Of a stretch of 32,000 nucleotides of DNA, positions 18,663 to 25,251 are shown in pieces; within the stretch, counting starts at the first letter, position 1, and each line of letters opens with the position of its first letter. A model generated the notes under the pieces. It did no database searches. It saw nothing but the letters and a program-made list of their open reading frames with translations, and was not told the DNA's origin. The position numbers were made by a program, and so were the translations under genes. The DNA comes from Xylanibacter ruminicola 23. Lineage in GTDB: Bacteria; Bacteroidota; Bacteroidia; Bacteroidales; Bacteroidaceae. The stretch lies in assembly GCF_000025925.1 (NCBI RefSeq), contig NC_014033.1, positions 2,520,001 through 2,552,000 on the forward strand, in the 5' to 3' direction.

Positions 18663-21600
18663 TTATTCTAAATAGTCTTCATAATCGGGTATCTCTTCGG
18701 GCGGGGTGGAGCGAAGGTATTTCGATTGTTCCGTGGCCTCGACGTTGGTGGCACTGTAGCCCGCCTCAAGCTCGATGACGATTGTGGAGCCCTGGCTGAG
18801 GTCCTGGCCGTTGCCGGTATAGGGCTGGCCGTCGACGCTGACTATCTTGAAATGCTCGGGCAGGGTGAGCACGAGGCCATTGTTGCCGCCAGTGCCATCG
18901 CCCGTCCACATTAGGTAGCACGACGTGGGGCGAATCTTCGCGCCGCTCTTCACTCTCACGAAGTCGCCGGCCACGACGAGTTGTTCGTCCACCTCCTTGG
19001 TCGCTCCTGCGAAGCCGTACACCTTGCCGATTTCTTCGGAGTTCTCGCTGTCGCTCCAGTAGCGAGGCTGGTAGGTGCCTTTGAAATTCCATTTGTTCCA
19101 CGAATATGTGCCATCACTGCCGTCGTACTCGGTCTGCTTGTTACCGCGTTCGTAACCCTCAGTGAAGATATCGAAGCCTTGGTAGTAGTCGTCCCCATTA
19201 GTGAAGTAGAGGAATTTAGCGTCCGCACTAGGCATGAAGAGATACGGCGTGTTGGCCTTCATCGTGGTCTCAGTCGTTTCGTTAGAGCCTTCCACGCCCA
19301 CTTCCTTCATCACGGCAATCCAGAAGTTAAATGGCACTTCCTCAATGCCTGCGAACTCGTAGAACTTTCCTTCCATAATGTTGTCATATTCACCCCGCCT
19401 GATATCGTTCTTCGTGAAGTCGAACGGCAGCATGATGGTCACGGCCTTGTCTCTGGTGAACGGACGGTTGTAACGCAGGTAATTTGTCCTCTGTTTCGTC
19501 TTGACATCCTTGATGCCGAGCGGCATGTCATCGTACTCGATGATATAGCTCTTCTCCCCGCTGTAGCTGTACGTCTCCACCAGGTCACCGTATGTCGGCG
19601 TATAGTACTTGCCGTCGAAGACCATGGTGTGGCCATAGACCTTCAGGAAGCCGTGGTCGGTCGGAGTGCCAAAGTGGGCGAAATTGTCGGGAACGTCGGC
19701 CGATTCCACAGCGGGCGAGCCTTGCTTCAGACCGCGTGTGCCGACGTAGAAGCAGTTGGTCAGTTTACCCTCACCATAGCCGTTGCTGCGGTGGAAGAAG
19801 GTGCTGTTCCTGTCGTTGTCATATCCCCACAGCAGTTCGCACATGTTGCCATTGTTGTCGTACTGGCCGTGCAGGAAGAGGCAGTCGGTGAGGTCAACAT
19901 ACGCATACTGCGACATGGCACCGACGAATCCGCCGCAGCCGTAGGTCTGATTCCAGGTGTTCGAGTTACAGATGAGTCCGTCGAACACGCAGCCCGTGAT
20001 GTGGCATTGGTTGTATTGCGAACTCAGAAGACCCACGAATCCGCCGTGCTCCGCTTCACCGTTGATGGTGCTGCTGATTTGGGTGCTGACGCGGCAGTTC
20101 TCAATGGTGAGGTTGCTGCTGGCAGAACCTACCAGACCGCCCATGTAGTGCCAAATACCGCCATCAATCTGTCCCGTTGCATGCAGGTTGCGGATGGTAG
20201 CGCCGTTAGTGATGCGGAACGGAGCGCAATTAGGCCTATCAGCGGTGTAGTTGAAAGTCAGCGTATGGCCGTCGCCGTCGAACGTTCCTTTGAACGCGTA
20301 TTTTCCGCTACCCGCCATCGTTGTCACGGTGATGTCGTCGCCCAGCACCACGGTCTTGCCACTGAAACCGTTCAAATCAGCATCGACATCCATGCGCTGA
20401 CAGAAGTAGTTCCAGCCATCGGCAGTCTTGATGGTGTAGGTGTCGCCGCTCTGAGTGATGTTGTTTTCATTCAGCGGATACGTGAACGTAGCGCTGAGGT
20501 TCACGTCCTCTGCGGGCATGTTGAACGTGTAGGTGTTTCCGCTTTGCGTGTAGGCGATGTTGTTGCCCGACGTCGCGCCCGTCAGGGTCAGTCCTTCAAG
20601 ACTCTCATCCATCTGTTGCGTGTAAGTGATGGTCATCGCTTCGCCCTCCAAAGCCGAACTCTTGCTCAGGCTGAACTGCGAGTAGGTGTTGTTGACATTG
20701 AATCCGGCCAAGATGCTGAAATTTGTGGTCAGCATGTATGGATGCTCGTTATCGCTGTTGATGATGATGGTAACGGTGACGGTGTAGTCGCCTATTAAAT
20801 TTGGTGCTGTACCACTACTTTCTGACGTAGCGTTGTTCGTGTAACTATAGGTAGTTTTAATATCGGTAATGCCCGTCTCTGCCGAGAAATCCGTCAAGTT
20901 AAGTGTGGCACTATGTCTTTGGTTGTCAAATGAAGCATCGTTGGCGGTGAGCATCAGTGTGGACTTGCGACTCGTGCCGAGGTTGCAATTGTGGTATTGG
21001 CTGGTCTGATTGCACGTGGCGGTCAGTGTATTGCCGCTGGCACTGAACGTAAACGTATGTCCGGGGTCGGAAGTATCCTCCACCTCAACATCGTAGGTAA
21101 TGGCAATAATGCCATCCTTAAAACTGAAGTCTCCTGAAGCGTCATCTCTTGCGCTGGAAAACATTATTTTCAATGGATTCGGAGCGCTGACAGCCACACT
21201 GCCCTCAAAAGTTGCGGAATTAGAATAATCATAGTTGTTGTTCGACGGGAAATCGTAGTCGTTGGTGGTTCCTTGCAGATGCAGCAATGTTGAAGTGTTG
21301 TTCTTATCAAGGCCAATGTACATTTGCATATCACTATCGTAGAACCTGAAATTAGTGAGTACCACGCTTTTCACGGTTCCTTCTAAGTTAGGAAACTCAA
21401 TGACACCTCCGCACTCAATTACACTGGCACGAAAGGTTGTAGTTTTTTTATTGGGTCTACAGTAGATATTATTGTTTGACGGGTCATTGTTAGACCAATG
21501 CAAGGTCTTTCCACTGCTTACCAACGTCCAGTCGTCTTGCACCGACGTATTACCCGATGCGCCGCCGTCCATATAGAACGTCACGGTTCTTGTCTCCGTC

Positions 21601-21686
21601 ACAGCCCACGCCGTCTGCGCCATCGTGAGCATCGCGGCGAGGGTGAGGATGAGGATGAGATTGAATTTCTGTCTTGTCGTTCTCAT
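18663..21686 (-). CDS. Large secreted GLUG-motif protein (putative adhesin / IgA-protease-like surface protein), no T9SS-like tail
   Basis: 1007 aa with signal peptide ...LTLAAMLTMAQTAWA. GLUG-type repeats are GGLVGSASSNLTIENC, HGGFVGLLSSQYNQCHITGC and GCGGFVGAMSQYAYVDLTDC. The C-terminal module (18906-19472) is paralogous to 17610-18098. Confidence 0.8.
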   Translation of the reverse strand: MRTTRQKFNLILILTLAAMLTMAQTAWAVTETRTVTFYMDGGASGNTSVQDDWTLVSSGKTLHWSNNDPSNNNIYCRPNKKTTTFRASVIECGGVIEFPNLEGTVKSVVLTNFRFYDSDMQMYIGLDKNNTSTLLHLQGTTNDYDFPSNNNYDYSNSATFEGSVAVSAPNPLKIMFSSARDDASGDFSFKDGIIAITYDVEVEDTSDPGHTFTFSASGNTLTATCNQTSQYHNCNLGTSRKSTLMLTANDASFDNQRHSATLNLTDFSAETGITDIKTTYSYTNNATSESSGTAPNLIGDYTVTVTIIINSDNEHPYMLTTNFSILAGFNVNNTYSQFSLSKSSALEGEAMTITYTQQMDESLEGLTLTGATSGNNIAYTQSGNTYTFNMPAEDVNLSATFTYPLNENNITQSGDTYTIKTADGWNYFCQRMDVDADLNGFSGKTVVLGDDITVTTMAGSGKYAFKGTFDGDGHTLTFNYTADRPNCAPFRITNGATIRNLHATGQIDGGIWHYMGGLVGSASSNLTIENCRVSTQISSTINGEAEHGGFVGLLSSQYNQCHITGCVFDGLICNSNTWNQTYGCGGFVGAMSQYAYVDLTDCLFLHGQYDNNGNMCELLWGYDNDRNSTFFHRSNGYGEGKLTNCFYVGTRGLKQGSPAVESADVPDNFAHFGTPTDHGFLKVYGHTMVFDGKYYTPTYGDLVETYSYSGEKSYIIEYDDMPLGIKDVKTKQRTNYLRYNRPFTRDKAVTIMLPFDFTKNDIRRGEYDNIMEGKFYEFAGIEEVPFNFWIAVMKEVGVEGSNETTETTMKANTPYLFMPSADAKFLYFTNGDDYYQGFDIFTEGYERGNKQTEYDGSDGTYSWNKWNFKGTYQPRYWSDSENSEEIGKVYGFAGATKEVDEQLVVAGDFVRVKSGAKIRPTSCYLMWTGDGTGGNNGLVLTLPEHFKIVSVDGQPYTGNGQDLSQGSTIVIELEAGYSATNVEATEQSKYLRSTPPEEIPDYEDYLE

Positions 21687-21727
21687 TTTCTTTTTAATTG
21701 TTTATGTTTAATGGTTTAACTTTATTA

Positions 21728-22276
21728 CTATCTCAGTTTGCCTTTGCCATCCAGATATTTGGTGAAGGTCTCCCACTGCACGGCGTTCTTCTTGATATTG
21801 GCCTGCGTGCGCTCGTCGTCGATGAACTGGGCAGGATAGCAGTCGTGCAGGTAGTAGCGGGGATTGTCGGCATCCTCGCCAATCATGGAATAGTGCAGCA
21901 CGAGGTCGTAGAATATGCGACTGTCTATGTCGGATACGAAGCGGCTGACCTCGAACAGTACGTCCTCGCCGAGGTGGAACTCCAGCTTTTCTTTATTATA
22001 GTTCTTCATCAGTTTCGTGTAAAGCTGCTCGTCCTGCTTCTTGAAGCGGATTTCGCGGGTGCTGACGTTGAACCACTCTATGTCGTCCTCGGTAAAGAGG
22101 GTGTCGATGGCGGCGGTCGCGCCCCTTGTGTCACCGCCCGCCTCGCAGACGAAGAACCTAGTCTGCTCTACGGGGTCTGTCGTAAACGGTTCTTCCTGCT
22201 CGTTCTTGCCGCATGACGCGATGAAGATGGCAGCAACCATCACGAAGATGTTTCTACAGAAAGTCAGATTTTTCAT
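21728..22276 (-). CDS. Hypothetical lipoprotein (first gene of the surface-protein operon)
   Basis: 182 aa with an ATG start and the lipobox AAIFIASCGK. No family recognised. Confidence 0.65.
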   Translation of the reverse strand: MKNLTFCRNIFVMVAAIFIASCGKNEQEEPFTTDPVEQTRFFVCEAGGDTRGATAAIDTLFTEDDIEWFNVSTREIRFKKQDEQLYTKLMKNYNKEKLEFHLGEDVLFEVSRFVSDIDSRIFYDLVLHYSMIGEDADNPRYYLHDCYPAQFIDDERTQANIKKNAVQWETFTKYLDGKGKLR

Positions 22277-22289
22277 TATCGTTTATGCT

Positions 22290-22577
22290 TTATGGTTTAA
22301 CTTTATTTGTCTCGTGGGGTATAAAACACAGCGGCTTGCCCTGCATTCGTGCAGAGCAAGCCGTATATCGCCATTGCGCGCCGACACAAGTGTCGTCGCT
22401 CAATGTATTTTTAGCCTCTATAGAAGTATAGTGAGTGAGTGAGTGAGTGAGTGAGTGAGTGAGTGAGTGAGTGAGTGAGTGAGTGAGTGAGTGAGTGAGT
22501 GAGTGAGTTAACGAATTATTTGACATGGCCAAACAATTCGCGTTAAACATTGTTACAAACACGCATTTACACATCAT
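22290..22577 (-). CDS. Leader ORF that reads through the (TCAC)n microsatellite; probably regulatory rather than a functional protein
   Basis: Tandem ATGs at 22577/22574 lie about 40 nt downstream of the -7 box. The (SLTH)n stretch is encoded by the repeat. The stop lies 13 nt before the lipoprotein ATG. The other two frames stop within about 20 nt of the repeat. Confidence 0.25.
   Translation of the reverse strand: MMCKCVFVTMFNANCLAMSNNSLTHSLTHSLTHSLTHSLTHSLTHSLTHYTSIEAKNTLSDDTCVGAQWRYTACSARMQGKPLCFIPHETNKVKP
22333..22362 (-). terminator. GC-rich hairpin (terminator/attenuator candidate) inside the leader ORF
   Basis: The minus-strand RNA reads GGCUUGCUCUGCA-CGAA-UGCAGGGCAAGCC, a 13-bp stem including one G-U pair. 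That pair would be a C-A mismatch on the plus strand. The hairpin is followed by GCUGUGUUUUAU. Confidence 0.45.
22430..22508. repeat. Perfect tetranucleotide microsatellite, (AGTG)/(TCAC) about 19.75 units
   Basis: 79 nt of uninterrupted gtga repeats, read directly from the sequence. Confidence 0.99.
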
Positions 22578-22617
22578 CTGTTGATAATAAAGATTCTAAT
22601 GTTTCATAAAACGAGTG

Positions 22618-22625
22618 CAAAGGTA
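22618..22625 (-). promoter_or_regulatory. -7 box TACCTTTG (minus strand) upstream of the microsatellite leader and surface-protein operon
   Basis: Plus-strand caaaggta in an AT-rich intergenic region. The -33 element is not obvious. Confidence 0.4.
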
Positions 22626-22703
22626 ACACTTTTTATCGAAACCACCAACAATAATGAATAATAATTTTATATTTACCTAACAATAATCGCTGGAATCAAC
22701 TTC

Positions 22704-22832
22704 TCAGGTATTGTTTACACAATCCGCTATCATACGCACAGAAATGTTCACATCTGTTTTCATCTCCTCAGGGCGAGAAATAGCATAATGACAATTAGGA
22801 CATTGTATCTGTTTTTCCAAATATGCGCACAT
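22704..22832 (-). CDS. Unannotated 42-aa Cys-containing ORF abutting the ABC-exporter stop codon
   Basis: Hand translation gives MCAYLEKQIQCPNCHYAISRPEEMKTDVNISVRMIADCVNNT*. The ATG directly follows the exporter TGA (TGAATG). It contains a CPNC motif plus Cys2 and Cys38. Confidence 0.3.
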   Translation of the reverse strand: MCAYLEKQIQCPNCHYAISRPEEMKTDVNISVRMIADCVNNT

Positions 22833-24449
22833 TCAGCTGTGGCTGGCAAATTGTTTTTTTTCATTTTCTATCAATACTATATCATCACATAGTTCGCAGA
22901 CTGTCGACCTATGTGTTATGAAGATCATAGTTTTCTGAGGTAAAGCTGTAAATATCCGGTGGTACAGATCTTTTTCAGTAGATTCGTCGAGCGAGCTGCT
23001 TATCTCGTCGAGCAGCAGTATGTCGCCATCATGCAGCAAGCCACGGGCAATGGCTATGCGCTGGGCCTGCCCCTCGCTCAGGCCGCAGCCACGTTCACCC
23101 AGTTCGGTATCAAGACCATCCTCCAGATCGAACACAAAGTCGGCACAGGCGGTATGCAGCACCTGGCGCAACTCGTCGTCGGTAGCCGTGGGCTTGGCCA
23201 ACTGCAGATTGTAGCGGATGGTGCCGCTCATCAGGGTGTTGCCCTGCGGCACGTAACAGATGTTACCACCTACCTCTACCCGTCCGCTGGTGGGCTGGAT
23301 AAAGCCGAGTATCAAGCGGAACAGGGTGGTTTTACCAATACCCGTCTGCCCCATGATAGCCGTCTTGGTGCCAGGGGCAAACTGGTGCGTAAAATGCTGT
23401 AATATCTCGCTGTCGCCATTGGCATAGCGGAAGCTCACGTCATCAAGCCTTACCATTTTATTTGGCACGGAGTTACACGGATTATCACGGATTTCTTTTT
23501 TGTCCTGAACAGACAGTTCCTCTAACCTATCGATACTGGCGGTGCAGTGTATCACCGTGGGCACCATGTTAAGCAGTTGCAGAATGGGGTGCTGAATCAT
23601 ACCTACCAGCTGCAGGAACGAGGTCATGACACCAAAGGTGATGGTGCCATTACGCAAAGAAATGCCACCCCATACGAATGCCAACAGATAGCCCAGGCCG
23701 AACACACAGCCCATCACAATCCTCATGGCCACGGTGAACCGCATTCGACGCATCACATTGCCTTTCAATCGCTGCTGCATCGACTCCAAACGATCGGTAA
23801 CCCACTGCTCTGAGCCCAGCGAGCGCAGCACGGCATTGTGCTCCATGCTCTCTTGCACCTGCATCTGTATGCGACTCTCGTCTTCGCGGATATCGAGCGT
23901 CATCTTACGCAAACGGCGGGATATCAGCTTACCAAACACAATGGCCATAGGCGTGAGCAACAGCAATGCCCAGGCCAGACGAGCGTCGAACCAACGCATG
24001 AGCAGGAAAGCACCACACAGCTGTATAAAGGTGATGGCTATCTGGGGGATGGTGTCGGTACACACGCTGCTAATGGTCTCGATGTCCTTGACCAGTCGCG
24101 AGGTAACATCGCCCGAGTGCAGCTCTTGTTCGGTATATAGCTGACGGCGGAACAGACTGCTGAAGATACGCAGGCGCAGGGCATTGGATTGATGTACGCC
24201 TGCCGTAGTGGTGAGCCAGTAGCCCACCTGACGGAGTGCCACGCCACCCAATACGGTGAGTACCAACAGTAGCACCATACGCAGCACATCGTCGGCCGTG
24301 CCTGTACGGATGGTTTCGTCGATGAACTTACGACTGAGCCATACCATCAGCAGGCCAAGTGCCACCTGACCGATACCCGTCACGATACGCACCACCGTAT
24401 TAAAGCGGATACCACGCGAGTGATGCCATAGCCACGCGATGTAGTTCAT
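22833..24449 (-). CDS. ABC exporter, fused permease + ATPase (type-1 exporter fold, no peptidase domain)
   Basis: 538 aa with an N-terminal six-helix membrane domain. Motifs are Walker A GQTGIGKTT, signature LSEGQAQR, Walker B ILLLDE and H-loop ITHR. Confidence 0.9.
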   Translation of the reverse strand: MNYIAWLWHHSRGIRFNTVVRIVTGIGQVALGLLMVWLSRKFIDETIRTGTADDVLRMVLLLVLTVLGGVALRQVGYWLTTTAGVHQSNALRLRIFSSLFRRQLYTEQELHSGDVTSRLVKDIETISSVCTDTIPQIAITFIQLCGAFLLMRWFDARLAWALLLLTPMAIVFGKLISRRLRKMTLDIREDESRIQMQVQESMEHNAVLRSLGSEQWVTDRLESMQQRLKGNVMRRMRFTVAMRIVMGCVFGLGYLLAFVWGGISLRNGTITFGVMTSFLQLVGMIQHPILQLLNMVPTVIHCTASIDRLEELSVQDKKEIRDNPCNSVPNKMVRLDDVSFRYANGDSEILQHFTHQFAPGTKTAIMGQTGIGKTTLFRLILGFIQPTSGRVEVGGNICYVPQGNTLMSGTIRYNLQLAKPTATDDELRQVLHTACADFVFDLEDGLDTELGERGCGLSEGQAQRIAIARGLLHDGDILLLDEISSSLDESTEKDLYHRIFTALPQKTMIFITHRSTVCELCDDIVLIENEKKQFASHS

Positions 24450-24462
24450 ATTTTTTTAGGCA

Positions 24463-24489
24463 CGAATTACGCGAATTACACGAATTTAT
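24463..24489. repeat. 3 x 9-bp tandem repeat in the PqqD-like/ABC intergenic region
   Basis: cgaattacg cgaattaca cgaatttat. The last unit contains the PqqD-like gene stop codon (24486-24488). Confidence 0.8.
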
Positions 24490-24755
24490 TCCACCACACC
24501 AACGTTTTGCCATTCGTCGAGGATGGCAGCCACATCGGTTTTGGCCTCATCGACTGAAACTTCGTATTCGTCGCAGAGTTTCTGGGCGAGGGTGTCGATG
24601 GTGAAACCGTCCATAGCCACAGCCTGCTGCCACAGCCAGGCGGCTGTCTCGTTCAGCGCCAGCATCTTACCAAAGTTAATGGCGCCAAGGCCCTCGCCTA
24701 CTATCACATTCTCGCCGCACACCTGGCGCAGCACAAATCCCTTTTTTATCTTCAT
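24486..24755 (-). CDS. PqqD-family protein (putative RiPP recognition element / peptide chaperone)
   Basis: 89 aa. KKGFVLRQVCGENVIV...ALNETAAWLWQ...TIDTLAQKLCDEYEVSVDEAKTDVAAILDEWQNVGVV follows the PqqD-like pattern. Confidence 0.8.
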   Translation of the reverse strand: MKIKKGFVLRQVCGENVIVGEGLGAINFGKMLALNETAAWLWQQAVAMDGFTIDTLAQKLCDEYEVSVDEAKTDVAAILDEWQNVGVVE

Positions 24756-24811
24756 GTTTAATGTTTAATCTTTAATGTTTAATGTTTAATCTTTAATCTT
24801 TAATGTTCAAT
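24756..24811. repeat. 8 x 7-bp tandem repeat (S)TTTAAT, also readable as 2 x 21-bp perfect units plus two more heptamers (ctttaat, gttcaat)
   Basis: gtttaat gtttaat ctttaat gtttaat gtttaat ctttaat ctttaat gttcaat. It fills the whole gap between the peptidase stop (24793) and the PqqD-like start (24755). Confidence 0.95.
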
Positions 24812-25230
24812 CTCCTAAGTATGGCCAGCAAGTACCGGCGGATGGGGCGCAGATGCCACCACAGGCGGGCAGCACGACAGCGCCACGGGGTGTACAGATC
24901 GTGCATCTGCTCGTTAGCACCCACCACATGGGTAGCCACAGCCTTTACATCCTGCAGCGTACAACGCTCGGTGCCTACCAGATTGCCGTCGCCCATCAAT
25001 ATGACGTTACGGCCATCAAAAAGTATAATCCTGTGCACCACATATCTGCTATTATCAACCCAAGCCAGCACCACATCGCCAACCTTCAGCTTATCGGGCT
25101 TCTGTAGAACCACACTCTCCTTACCACCGATGATAAACGGCAGCATGCTGTGGCCATTCACGGGCAGTGTCACGCTCACTCCTTCCCTCACCAGCCGGAT
25201 GGCTTCCTCTATGATCTCATGATCCGTCAC
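24793..25230 (-). CDS. S24/S26-family serine peptidase, soluble (no N-terminal membrane anchor), GTG start
   Basis: 145 aa with VNGHSMLPFI (GxSMxP Ser box), GDVVLAW, YVVHRII and LMGDGN. The start codon is GTG at 25230, and there is no in-frame ATG before the Ser box. Confidence 0.75.
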   Translation of the reverse strand: MTDHEIIEEAIRLVREGVSVTLPVNGHSMLPFIIGGKESVVLQKPDKLKVGDVVLAWVDNSRYVVHRIILFDGRNVILMGDGNLVGTERCTLQDVKAVATHVVGANEQMHDLYTPWRCRAARLWWHLRPIRRYLLAILRRLNIKD

Positions 25231-25251
25231 AATTATTTCATTTTTACATTA

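Noticed and set aside
17610-19472. Diversity-generating retroelement (template/variable repeat pair) between the two paralogous modules
   Set aside because: By eye the nucleotide copies are far more diverged than a template/variable repeat pair, with substitutions of all types rather than adenine-specific ones. No reverse transcriptase is in the window.
18981-20798. 605-aa plus-strand ORF, the longest plus-strand ORF in the window
   Set aside because: It lies entirely antisense to the 1007-aa GLUG gene, which has a signal peptide, recognisable repeats and a paralogue. The translation is low-complexity and Val/Ala/Arg/Gly/His-rich with no motifs. It looks like a typical shadow ORF caused by codon bias on the opposite strand.
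22430-22508. CRISPR array (also considered for 24756-24811 and 16668-16749)
   Set aside because: The repeat units are 4, 7 and 15 bp. The first two have no spacers and the third has 7-8-bp spacers. There are no cas genes. This is not CRISPR architecture.
22507-22548. Imperfect palindrome gttaacgaatt...aattcgcgttaaac next to the microsatellite, considered as an operator site
   Set aside because: It needs two bulges and a mismatch, and one arm overlaps the end of the repeat tract. That is too weak to call without comparative data.
22290-22577. 95-aa '(SLTH)n' protein as a genuine structural gene
   Set aside because: The repeat peptide is simply the in-frame reading of a perfect tetranucleotide microsatellite. 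The flanks have no signal peptide or domain features. I keep it only as a possible regulatory leader ORF.
16347-22625. Integrated mobile element (ICE, transposon or prophage) explaining the break after rplC
   Set aside because: No integrase, transposase, relaxase, phage gene or tRNA target is seen in the window, and I could not identify terminal repeats. The idea survives only as a synteny-break hypothesis to be tested by comparative genomics.
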